This document shows positions 8,496 to 18,600 of a stretch of DNA of 64,000 bases, one piece after another (position 1 is the first letter of the stretch; every line of letters starts with the position of its first letter). The translations under genes were made by a program, and so were the position numbers. The notes beneath the pieces were generated by a model. It saw nothing but the letters and a program-made list of their open reading frames with translations, searched no databases and was not told where the DNA came from. The stretch lies in the sequence record NC_029316.1; one strand, written 5' to 3'.

Positions 8496-9392
8496 TTATT
8501 TCTTTCTATAGAATATCAGGATTTTGCCATTTTTGTTAGTTAAACTAAAACCGAGTTCTTCTACTTCTTTTATAGGTGGCTTCTTATGGTATTCCATTAT
8601 TATCTTCTCAAAATACTTAAGTGACTCCTTCTCATGTCTCAGTATATCGTACTCACAACCTTCACAGTCCATCTTTATCATGAACGGGTTATCTAATTCT
8701 CTAACTAAATCGCTTATCGTAACGCTCTTAACTGCGATACCTGACCCCTTCGGTCTAACATAGACTCCTGCACTGCCTACGGCGTCATGATCCTTAATTT
8801 TCACTACACGGGATTCATAATTTATTATTGCATTCAGTATCCTTACTCTGTTGTTTAATTCGTTTAGCTTGATATTTTCTAATGCAATGTTATAAGGAGT
8901 CGGTAAAGGTTCTATTCCCAGAACTTTACTTGCACCCCATAATGCAAAGAAGATAGGCGAATCACCTATTCCTGCACCTATATCAACTACGTCTCCTTTG
9001 ATTTCTCTAAAGTCGTTATAAATTTGCTCATCAAACACCTCGTGGATAGTTTGCTCTAGGGCTAATTTTCCCTTATAATACTTAAGTAACTTGACAGAAC
9101 CTAAATCTAGATTTTTATACATATAATTATCTTTAGTCTTCCATTCATGGTACTTTAGAAAACATAATATAAAACATTCAAGCGGAGTTTTACATTCTCC
9201 TTCGCAGTCTTCTATTTCTCTCGGGTACTCACGCATTTCCCTGTAGTACTCACTCAACGCTTTTAGTGCAGGTGCTGATAAATATACTGTCCTACCATTT
9301 CTTAACTCAGCCTTTGACTTTCTATTCAATATAACATTAAAAAGTACTTCTGGATAGTTTTTATATACCATAACAAATTTCCAGATATCCAT
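8496..9392 (-). CDS. FkbM-family SAM-dependent methyltransferase
   Basis: VVDIGAGIGDS motif I, KVLGIEP, IKMDCEGCEY; ATG 9392 lies about 30 nt after TTTAAATA. Confidence 0.85.
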   Translation of the reverse strand: MDIWKFVMVYKNYPEVLFNVILNRKSKAELRNGRTVYLSAPALKALSEYYREMREYPREIEDCEGECKTPLECFILCFLKYHEWKTKDNYMYKNLDLGSVKLLKYYKGKLALEQTIHEVFDEQIYNDFREIKGDVVDIGAGIGDSPIFFALWGASKVLGIEPLPTPYNIALENIKLNELNNRVRILNAIINYESRVVKIKDHDAVGSAGVYVRPKGSGIAVKSVTISDLVRELDNPFMIKMDCEGCEYDILRHEKESLKYFEKIIMEYHKKPPIKEVEELGFSLTNKNGKILIFYRKK

Positions 9393-9497
9393 TGCAGGTG
9401 AAATGGATTGCGAGTATTTAAACAGATTTCGCACTTTTGCAGAACTTCAACGGGGAGGAGGTCAGTTATTATACTCTGTTTGGAGAAACGGAAAAGC

Positions 9498-10355
9498 TCA
9501 CCCTAACATGTCTAATTTATTCTTCACAGTGTTAATAACATATTCTACTTGGTTTTTTATCGAATCTGTAATATCTTTTACTACCTTATCTTCTACTTTA
9601 ACGTGCTTACCATTAATGGTCACATTTTCCCCTTCAATTTCAATTTCATAATCGTTTGTCTTTATCTTTGATTGTAGGACTAAATTTATTACCTTAGATA
9701 AAATACGCCTTGAATATTTATCGATACCAATCTCAATTCTGAAAGCTTCTTTAGGTTCATCGTTACCTTGTTTTTTGTAAATAGTGAGTGTATCTCCATA
9801 AGTGTATGAAACATTATAAATATACTCTGGAGTGTAAGCCCAATAACCGTTCAACTTAGGATTTCTAAATTCATATTGGTAATATATAATAACTTTATCA
9901 AAATCTAACGTAAAGTGACAGGATGAGAAATTGTTCTTGACATAAGAGAGTATAGTATCGAAAAGTTTGTCTATCAAATTTATCATTTTATTGTTGTCTA
10001 CTGTTATCTCTTCACCATTAATCTTTGCCTCAGAAGAAGCTTTAGTGTATGTTAAATCCACTGAATTACCAAACTTACTTAAAATCTTCATAATCTGTTG
10101 TGAAAAATTAGAATTATCAATATTTCGATTAACCAATACAAAACTTCCCAACTCATAATCGTCCACGCTTACCTTATAACCATTTTTGTTTATAGTGAAT
10201 GTAATATCTCCACCATCATATTCTAATCTAAGGAAAAGTATCTCGTCTGGAAGTACGTTGTAACGGATAACAGATGTATATAGATCATTCTTTGCTAAAA
10301 ATGCATTTTTTTCCCGTATTTGTTGCTTATTTTCGTCCCAGAATTCCTGTGCCAT
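9498..10355 (-). CDS. Hypothetical protein
   Basis: 285-aa ORF with TATA-like TTTAATAA upstream. Confidence 0.75.
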   Translation of the reverse strand: MAQEFWDENKQQIREKNAFLAKNDLYTSVIRYNVLPDEILFLRLEYDGGDITFTINKNGYKVSVDDYELGSFVLVNRNIDNSNFSQQIMKILSKFGNSVDLTYTKASSEAKINGEEITVDNNKMINLIDKLFDTILSYVKNNFSSCHFTLDFDKVIIYYQYEFRNPKLNGYWAYTPEYIYNVSYTYGDTLTIYKKQGNDEPKEAFRIEIGIDKYSRRILSKVINLVLQSKIKTNDYEIEIEGENVTINGKHVKVEDKVVKDITDSIKNQVEYVINTVKNKLDMLG

Positions 10356-10448
10356 TTTTATACCATGTTTCTATTCTCAAACAGTTATTAAATATATATT
10401 TTTGTTATAGTATCCCAGCTTCTACGTTTAATCTTTCTGGGGGTTAAG

Positions 10449-10753
10449 GGGGCGGAAGTCCCCCTCCGTAAGGTGGGGGATGGATAGCCACCTTATAGAA
10501 ACCTTTTATACTAAAAAAGAGATAATTCTTAGACCTCTGGCTGTAAGAGCTGAGGTCGTACCCTCGGGACTGGGGGAACTTACGCCTGTGGAGAGTGACC
10601 CTCCGTAACCCCTCTTCCACACGGGGCATTACAGAACGGTTCCGTTCGATGGAACCTCCGCTGTGGGTGAAGGGGGATCGAGGTTGCTCTGAGAAGCAGG
10701 AAATCCTCACCGTGAGGTGGGGATGCCCCGTCCGTGAGGGCGGGGTAGTTCAC
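10449..10753 (+). mobile_element. Non-autonomous IS200/IS605 derivative (PATE-like): left end + tnpB 3' end/omegaRNA-like right end, no ORF
   Basis: TTAAG at 10444, left hairpin CCCCCTCCGTAAGGTGGGGG, then CGCCTGTGGAG...GAAGCAGGAAATCCTCACCGTGAGG...CCCCGTCCGTGAGGGCGGGGTAGTTCAC. Confidence 0.75.
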
Positions 10754-10882
10754 TCATGAGCGAACATAAAATGATTGAGATGAAAGTGTATGAACAAACG
10801 GTTAGCCTAAGATAGTTAAGATTTTATACACTATTTTTCTCATATTTTGGATAATATCTCTATTATATTAGAATCAATAAAA

Positions 10883-11152
10883 TTAAAACATAATCTCTTC
10901 ATTCTCTTCTTCGCTTTCATTATCATTTCCATTATTAGTAATTTCTCTAAAAGAAGAAATGGCAGAAGAGATCTGGTTGTTTACCATTATAAAATGAGGT
11001 GCATCTATGTCCAAACACCTTATTTTTTTGTTTCCTATTTTTCTGCAGTTGAACGTAGAAACTGAGTCGTAAATTTGATTTATAAGCGTGGGAGTATCGC
11101 TTTCTATCTCCAGAACTCTTTTTATTATATCATAACTGGTGCTTATCTTCAT
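10883..11152 (-). CDS. Small hypothetical protein, acidic C-terminus
   Basis: ORF track; ATG 11152 follows the conserved GGTCTCAGGTGTCAAAG leader. Confidence 0.65.
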   Translation of the reverse strand: MKISTSYDIIKRVLEIESDTPTLINQIYDSVSTFNCRKIGNKKIRCLDIDAPHFIMVNNQISSAISSFREITNNGNDNESEEENEEIMF

Positions 11153-11182
11153 CTTTGACACCTGAGACCAAGCCCGCTTCCC

Positions 11183-11659
11183 CTATAGCGTGTTGGGTAT
11201 AATACCCAATACCATTAATATGTATATTACTTGTGCAATTCCTACTATGCTGTCTATTACACCTATGAGATATATTGCTTGAGTTGCTATTGCTAACCCA
11301 GAACTGGAAATTACTGTGGTTGCCCATACCAGGAACCAGTCAAGGTTTCCAAATATTAGCGAAGCGTAAACTGCATACATGCTAGCTTGTATATAGCTTT
11401 CTACACTTGACGATAAGGATACGACGAAGGACACTATTGCACCTACTCCAGACAACGCTACTGACACGAATGGGTTGTGAAGTATATTGAAGAGGAAATT
11501 TAGGAGAGTCATTGATGAGATTGTTGCATAAACGCTTGGTGGTATTGAGGTTTGTATGCAAGGTATTAAGTTTACTAGGATATTTATAGCAAGCCCAGCT
11601 ATTGTTACGCCCTCACCAGCTAGGAAAACGCTATTTACAAGGTTATATAGTATTCCCAT
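11183..11659 (-). CDS. Multi-pass membrane protein
   Basis: 158 aa, nearly all hydrophobic helices. Confidence 0.7.
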   Translation of the reverse strand: MGILYNLVNSVFLAGEGVTIAGLAINILVNLIPCIQTSIPPSVYATISSMTLLNFLFNILHNPFVSVALSGVGAIVSFVVSLSSSVESYIQASMYAVYASLIFGNLDWFLVWATTVISSSGLAIATQAIYLIGVIDSIVGIAQVIYILMVLGIIPNTL

Positions 11660-12590
11660 ATTTCTTAATAAGAAATGATGAGATTAAAAATTGAGTCAAT
11701 GAATACACTCCAGGGCTTGATAATAATACCATTATATTCCTGCTAATGAAGAACGTTACTATAAGTACAAGTATACTAATTAAAGGTAATGTAATTGAAA
11801 CATTGTACTCTCTATATTTCTTATATCTTATCAACTTCTTTGCGTTATCTATAGCTAAGAAAGAGAACGCAGTAAAGAACACAGCCAAACCTAGATAGAA
11901 ATAAAACGGAGTTAGTGCAACACCGATCAACATTACGCCTATTGCTAACTTCTTAGGGTTCTCATCTATTCTATTTGTAGTTTCACTCAGTTCGTTTATT
12001 GTCTTAATGCCCTTATTGAATACGAAGAATAGTGGGGAAGGGTTGAATATGCTCGCTATTATGCACTGAGTCCTTCCTTTTATTAATCCTAATATATTAT
12101 TAGGATATAGTTTTAGGTTCTCTATAAAGAAATTCTTATCAAAGCCTGGCTTAACAAATCCAGGTTTTAGAAATATGAGTCTTGCTATTACGTAAATGTA
12201 ATAGCTTACAAGCAGGTTCCCAGAGATAAGCGAAAGTGAAAGTAAAATGTTGGGGATTGTGTAAAAGTACTTTAGCATACGGTCATCTGCAACGTTAACG
12301 TAAATATCCGTGAAAGTGAAAATGAACACTGCAGGGAGATAGCACAATAACGAATGAATTAACAATAACGACACAAACGAGAAAAGAGTGTAAAAATATA
12401 ACATGCAGACCTTCTTCTCATATCTTAGCTTTACTGCATTCAACGGCATTAAATGTGTTGATAATGATTCTGCAGTATTAATTATAAGTAATTCTGACAA
12501 AATATCTGGATATTTTACAAGTACAAATATGTATACGACAAAAGAAATTAACAGCACGATTAGTTTCAACACAACAAGCTTCAATAGCAT
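11643..12590 (-). CDS. Multi-pass membrane protein
   Basis: 315 aa, many hydrophobic segments. Confidence 0.7.
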   Translation of the reverse strand: MLLKLVVLKLIVLLISFVVYIFVLVKYPDILSELLIINTAESLSTHLMPLNAVKLRYEKKVCMLYFYTLFSFVSLLLIHSLLCYLPAVFIFTFTDIYVNVADDRMLKYFYTIPNILLSLSLISGNLLVSYYIYVIARLIFLKPGFVKPGFDKNFFIENLKLYPNNILGLIKGRTQCIIASIFNPSPLFFVFNKGIKTINELSETTNRIDENPKKLAIGVMLIGVALTPFYFYLGLAVFFTAFSFLAIDNAKKLIRYKKYREYNVSITLPLISILVLIVTFFISRNIMVLLSSPGVYSLTQFLISSFLIKKYGNTI

Positions 12591-12769
12591 AATGAACTAA
12601 CGAAATGTGTGTTTAAAAACGGATACGCTGATTGGTTGGATAAATATCGAACCATATACTAAAAATTTAGCGTCATTTTTTGAAGAAAAAGTTCGAAGTG
12701 GTATATAGTACAAAAAGTTCGAAGTTAGAACCAGCTATTGCTTAACCCCACACCAGCGAGGTTTTCTGG

Positions 12770-13171
12770 CTATTGCGTTATTACTCTAGGCAATGCAGAT
12801 ACAGAGTTGTTATACTCGAAGGGTAACTGAAAGGTGTTATTTACTTTGATTAACTTTGGGAGGATATATTGTGAAACAAATTGTAGCCCTGCCTGAATTG
12901 CGAATACTTCTGGGGCAACGTTAGCCATTTCACTTTCTGAAATAAATTCTGGAAGTTTATTCACTATATCTAAAGTTACATTAACAAGTTTAGGTAACTT
13001 AGATATCGGTACAGCCTGCTCTGTTCTTTTAGTTAATTCCTCTAAAAATGTCTGGTTTACCTCTGGTACTGCTTGCTGTATAAATGATATAGTAATTGTT
13101 TTGTATTCGTCAGGCAAGGAATTGACTATTATCGAAAAATTATTCACAGCCCTTTCAAACAAGTTTTCCAT
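12770..13171 (-). CDS. Hypothetical protein
   Basis: 133-aa ORF with TATA-like TTTTATT upstream. Confidence 0.7.
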   Translation of the reverse strand: MENLFERAVNNFSIIVNSLPDEYKTITISFIQQAVPEVNQTFLEELTKRTEQAVPISKLPKLVNVTLDIVNKLPEFISESEMANVAPEVFAIQAGLQFVSQYILPKLIKVNNTFQLPFEYNNSVSALPRVITQ

Positions 13172-13208
13172 AACAATGGCTAACAGTGCTAGAATAAAAG
13201 CGTTCCGC

Positions 13209-14840
13209 TTATGTTGAGATCTTAGTTAGGAGTTCGCCCTTTATATCTTCTAACATTCTCTTTTTAAAATCATTAATGTCAGCAGACGTAACTAAGCCAG
13301 CGTTATTAAGCATTCTTTTGAAGAGTGCTTTGCTCATATTGTCTTCAATACCGTTATTATATGCAACATATACGTCATAGACGTCACTGATGATTGTTGC
13401 TATGAGCGGTATTGCAGACTGTAGTTTCTTCTGTATTTCCAGCTTTTTCTGCATATCCAACATGTTTATCATATCTTTATCATAAAGCGATACAATTTTC
13501 CTAATCAGCTTGAATACGGGTTTATTAACACCGTAAAGACCGAAGTTGAATAACTGGAAATCGCTCAGTTTTCCTTCTTTGCTTAATATGTTAAGTAAGG
13601 TGTCAACGTGGATTATTATATCATTACTTTCTACAGTTATAACATCCTTCACATGAGTTGGGATTTTCTTAATGCTTATAAGTGCGTTAGATAAAAACCT
13701 GATTATCATTTCTGCCTCGTTCAGCATCTTATCATTAAATGTAGGTTGGACTACTTTAGGCAATAGGTCACGGATTATGTTAAGGATCTTCTTTTGCAGT
13801 ATGCTTATCCCCTCCTCACGTGACTTTATATAGAGCGGGAAATATTGCTCGTCTGGAATTATGAAAAACCACGAGATAGCCTTAGCTATGTTTACCTCAT
13901 CGTAATAACCGAGCATACGCAATAACGCAAGGGTAGGCGGTAACAATTGCAACTTCCTCATTGACGACTTTACAGGAAACAATACTTCTCTATCCCCAAC
14001 ATATTTTTTAAATATATCCGCAAGAGGTTTAGATAGTTCGTCAACCGTAATTTTGATTAACCTATTTTCCCCTATTTTATCCATGTTGAACGCAGAATAG
14101 ATTTTCTTAGCTATCAAAATGTCAGTTTGGTTAACTTCAGATAACGCTACTCTTGCAAGCTCTATTATTTCTTCTCTATCCAATTTAGGCTTCTTACTAT
14201 TGACAGTAATTGGAATAACTTCAACATTACCGTCACCATCATCAAGTTTTCTATTTAATATCTCAACACCCTTCTCATACACAGCTTCAAATTCATCCGA
14301 GTTCGGTGGAAAAGTAACGATAGAATACGTGAACCTATCATAAACTGCGTCAAACTTACTATCTAAGTTAACAAAATTTGTAGCCCCGACAACAGTTAGC
14401 GTTCTCGTCTTCATTTTAGCTGTTATTTGGTCTATGAAAAATTCCCTATCAAGAAGATATGAGAGAATTGAGTGTAGCATTATATCATTAGCCCTACCTA
14501 TCTCATCTAAAAACGCTATATCAGCGTAACTTAACGATGAAGGATTTACCTCTACTTTATTCTCCTTAATCAGCTTTATCTGGTCTATATAGTAAAGTGA
14601 AGAAGACGGAAGCATGGTAGGAGTAAGGACGAGTTCCCCATAGCTAAGGTTTAGAGTCCTGCAGAACTCCTTTACTAAAGAACTCTTTGCCGTACCAGGG
14701 TATCCTATTAATAGCATATTCGCACCTAGCTTCCCTAGTACAAGAGAAGATGTAAGTGCAAGGACGTCTTCCTCCCTGTCTACAAACTTATTCGACAAAG
14801 ACAAAATTGCGTCCTTTAGTACACTCAATGAGTTCATCAA
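13209..14840 (-). CDS. moxR: MoxR/RavA-type AAA+ ATPase
   Basis: FVDREEDV N-terminus, Walker A GYPGTAKS, Walker B IAFLDEIGRA, VVGATN, AVYDRF, C-terminal SSMRKL. Confidence 0.85.
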   Translation of the reverse strand: MMNSLSVLKDAILSLSNKFVDREEDVLALTSSLVLGKLGANMLLIGYPGTAKSSLVKEFCRTLNLSYGELVLTPTMLPSSSLYYIDQIKLIKENKVEVNPSSLSYADIAFLDEIGRANDIMLHSILSYLLDREFFIDQITAKMKTRTLTVVGATNFVNLDSKFDAVYDRFTYSIVTFPPNSDEFEAVYEKGVEILNRKLDDGDGNVEVIPITVNSKKPKLDREEIIELARVALSEVNQTDILIAKKIYSAFNMDKIGENRLIKITVDELSKPLADIFKKYVGDREVLFPVKSSMRKLQLLPPTLALLRMLGYYDEVNIAKAISWFFIIPDEQYFPLYIKSREEGISILQKKILNIIRDLLPKVVQPTFNDKMLNEAEMIIRFLSNALISIKKIPTHVKDVITVESNDIIIHVDTLLNILSKEGKLSDFQLFNFGLYGVNKPVFKLIRKIVSLYDKDMINMLDMQKKLEIQKKLQSAIPLIATIISDVYDVYVAYNNGIEDNMSKALFKRMLNNAGLVTSADINDFKKRMLEDIKGELLTKIST

Positions 14841-14893
14841 AATGAATAATAAAAGAGGTAATTAAAAGCAGACATACAAAGAAAGGAGTTAAG

Positions 14894-15200
14894 TGAGTGG
14901 AAAGCTTCGCCAGGAGATGGATAACTCCTTATATTTAAGGAGGTGTTATATTTAATAGGACGAAAATGGTGGTAGCTAACAAGTTAACCGAAGAACAGAA
15001 AAAGATCCTAGAGAGGATGCATAACAGAGTAGATTATATTATCAAAGCTTACAAGGAATATTTAGATGCATTAGCAGAATTTGATAGAACTGGAGTATTG
15101 AAAATTCATGAGAAAGTCCTTTATGTAAGAAAATATAATAATCAAGAAAATGAGCCACCCAAATGAGAAATGTAAGCCCGATGAGGGGAACTCCCTAGAG
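14894..15200 (+). mobile_element. SMN1-like non-autonomous element (IS605-type left end + small ORF); right boundary approximate
   Basis: TTAAG 14889 + TGAGTGGAAAGCTTCGCCAGGAGATGGATAAC left end, 66-aa ORF, about 300 bp; right end eroded. Confidence 0.45.
14966..15166 (+). CDS. Small protein carried by the non-autonomous element
   Basis: MVVANKLTEEQKKILERMHNRVDYII...; resembles small ORFs in Sulfolobus mobile elements (from memory). Confidence 0.65.
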   Translation: MVVANKLTEEQKKILERMHNRVDYIIKAYKEYLDALAEFDRTGVLKIHEKVLYVRKYNNQENEPPK

Positions 15201-15515
15201 CGTTAGCTTCCCTACCCTTGCTCTATGTATTATTCTGTTTTTATATTCATTAACTAGTTTCAATATTGCATTCCTTACTACCTCTGAACGTGTAACTCCA
15301 TTTTCCTCCGCAATTTTATCAATATAATCAAGAAGGTCTTTCGTAACGTAGAATATCACAACCTTATTCTTCTTTCCTCCGTCGTCTTCGTTAATAATAG
15401 GTATTTCTTCTTTTAACGCAACCCTAAGTGCTTGACTACGTGTCATACCGTTTTCTTCAGCGTATGCGTCAAGTAGCTCCAATATATAGTCCTCAAGCTT
15501 AACTGCAAGTTTCAT
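15195..15515 (-). CDS. Double ribbon-helix-helix (CopG-like) DNA-binding protein
   Basis: LAVKLEDYILELLDAYAEENGMTRSQALRVAL and VIFYVTKDLLDYIDKIAEENGVTRSEVVRNAI. Confidence 0.85.
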   Translation of the reverse strand: MKLAVKLEDYILELLDAYAEENGMTRSQALRVALKEEIPIINEDDGGKKNKVVIFYVTKDLLDYIDKIAEENGVTRSEVVRNAILKLVNEYKNRIIHRARVGKLTL

Positions 15516-15640
15516 CTTTTGACACCTGAGACCCCACCCTTACGGACGGGATAGTTACGCATGGAATCTCAAGTGTGCAAATTTAACGATTTTGCTTCGC
15601 ATGAAAACACAGATGTGATTTCAATAGAAGGAAAAAACAG

Positions 15641-18600
15641 TCACTTACTTGATATCCATAACGCATAAACTCCTATAACAAACGACACTATCTCAGTAGG
15701 TATTATTATAGGCGATGGGAATCCTAACTGCAATAATCCAGGGGCAATAAATACTGCATATGTTATACCTCCCATTCCCATTAGCCTTAGGTCGTTTCTT
15801 AATAATGCAGATAATGCGAAAGAGCCGAAGAAGAGGAATACTAGGATACAGCCGAAAGGTGCAAGAGGAGTACCGCTCAAAGCACAATGTACTGCTTTTT
15901 TGACATTACAATAGAAGTTATGTAATTGAACAGGACATAGGGTAAACTTGATAGTCTCGTTTAACGCAGAGATGCATACTGTTGACGTAGAATTAACTAC
16001 AGGTATCTTAACTATGCTATTTACTGGGACTGTCTCATCTACTATAGTCTTCCCATTACATGTAATTTTGAAAGTAACATCGAATTTGGCAGACGTATTG
16101 TAATCGTATAGATAGAAGTACGCACCAGACGAATTAGTGAAAGGCAAAGCGTACATTACATTATTATATTTTACAATTTCTGGGTACGTAGGTATATCCA
16201 AAGTCAGACTTAGACTCCCGTTATATTCTATTTTCATACTATTAGGCTCTATAACTACGCATGAGGATGATGAAGAAGAAGAAGGTGGTGGTGTAGAAGT
16301 TGTTGACGGTGGTGGAGGAGGTGGTGCAGTAGTAATATAAGAAGGCAAGACAAACGTACTTGCAGAACAAAGTATTATAGTAGGGTCTTCATATATGAAA
16401 GACCCGCTTTGTGGCATACCAGTGTCTGTAACTATCTCCGAATATCTGGGTGCATCTATCTCAAACCCATTAGAAGTCGCATCAAATATCACGTAAGGAC
16501 AGTTCAATATTACTAACACTGCAGACTTTGAAGTAGTATTAACATATGCAAAACTGCTTGCAACAAAACCAGAGCCAGGTATAACTATGCTATTAAATCC
16601 AGAAGATAATTTAGTTTTACATACGCATACTACAGTCTCATTAATTATATAATTGAGAGAATACGGAGAGTAGAATGTATTTACATTAGTTGCACCTCTT
16701 TGTGTGACTAACGGAATTGAGTTGACGCCGAAGTAGGAGACGTAGAATAAGTTACCAATATCGCCTCTTATTCCCACATAACCTATCCAACTCCACGGGA
16801 AAGGAATGTTTAAATTTACGGAGTAAGCCGTTGAGTTAATGTACACAGTAGACACAGTAACGTTACCCGCTGAATTCTCCGTAAGGATTACAGTCATTGT
16901 GAACGGGTAGTTAGGGTTGGGTTGAGGCAGAGAAGAGTCAGGCTGTCCCCAACCAGATGTTGGAGTGTGGTAGAATATTGAGTTTCCATAGAAGTCAACT
17001 AATAACACGTAAAAACCACTCGCACCGTCATATGACTGGTCTCCTACGTTAGGTGAGAGGATCTCAATACCAGGATTGCCATTTCTGGATGGGAACGATG
17101 TCACGTGAATGGTTATGTTAATGACGTTTGATATTGGTGAATATTTCCAGGCTATGTACTGACCATAAATACTTGCTCCAGTACTGTTTATCACCAGTTC
17201 TCCATCTTCCCAGTAAGGATAGACCCTCCAACTTGTACTTTCAACTGTTGGAATGTTCGCATAAATCTGGTTACCTACAGCTAACGTAGTTAGGAATAAC
17301 GGTATGTTGTAACTACCCGCAGTAGAGTAGAAGCCGTAGTAATACCAGTTCTCACCGAGAGTTGCCCCTATCACTGGTACACCGCTTTCAAACATCTGTG
17401 TGTTGACTGTGAAAGTTAGGGAAGAAGCAGTAGTCTTTATCTCGTTAAACGTAGCGTTGTATGGTGTTACCCCAGCCGTTGAGGAAGGTATGAAGTTATC
17501 TGGGAATACTACAGTTGAAGTACCAGTCAGCCCGCTTAGTGTAATTGTATTACCGCTTACACTACCGCTCTTTACTGTCCCGTTCACGAGGAAGTTCGGG
17601 ACGGTATTCGTAGAGAGAGAGACGGAAGTCCACGCACCTATTGAAGGGATGACTGTACCGCTACTCACCGTAACGGATCCAGAAGTAGTCCATATATTTA
17701 TGACGCCGAAGTTCGCGTTAGTCGAAATCACGGGGTAGAGCGTGGTCGTTGAAGTAAATGAAGGTGAGAACATGGGGAGAGGAGACTGAGAGTTTACAAT
17801 CGGTGCTGGTGATACGTAAACGTCGTAGCTGATAGGGTATGGGAAGACTGCTACGTAAACTGTGCCAGTGTAAGGTGTGTTTGTGGTAGGGTTGGTAACA
17901 AGAGAGTATGCGTCTAACATCTGTGTAACGCTGAAATAGGAAACGTAGAATAAGTCATTCCAATCGCCTCTTATTCCCACGTAGCCTATACATTTCCACG
18001 GGAAAGGAGTGTTTACATTTACGGAGTATGCTGTGCCGTTAATGTACACAGTAGACACTGTAACGTTACCAGCACTGTTCTCAGTAAAAATTACAGTCAT
18101 TGTGAACGGATAATTAGGGTTTGGTTGAGGTAAAGAAGAATAAAGCTGTGTGAAACCAGATGTTGGAGAATGGAAGTATATCGAGTCACCATAGAAGTCA
18201 ACTAATAACACGTAGAAACCACTATCACCATCACTAGTTTGGTCTCCTATGTTGGGTGAAAGGATATCGATACCAGGATTACCATATCTGGATGGGAACG
18301 ATGTCATGTGGATAGTTATGTTGATAACGTTACTTACTGGTGAATATCTCCAAGCTATGTATTGACCATAAGTACTTGCCCCAGTACTATTCACTACTAG
18401 TTCGCCGTTCTGCCAATATGGATAGATTTTCCATGACGTAGACTCCACGTTGTTTACAAATTGTTCATCATTGTAATAGGGAGAAGGAGAGACGCTGAAG
18501 TAGGAGACGTAGAATAGGTTATTGATATCGCCTCTTATCCCTATCCAATAAATTTGGTTCCACGGGAAGGGTATGTTGATATCAGGAGAGCTGTAGAGCG

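Noticed and set aside
10444-10710. 88-aa minus-strand ORF
   Set aside because: Lies antisense within the IS605 remnant, with atypical composition
13363-13375. Match of GCAACATATACGT to array unit 3; partial matches to units 18 and 22 near 40995 and 45712
   Set aside because: Only one half-guide or gapped matches, as expected by chance in AT-rich DNA; not accepted as self-targets
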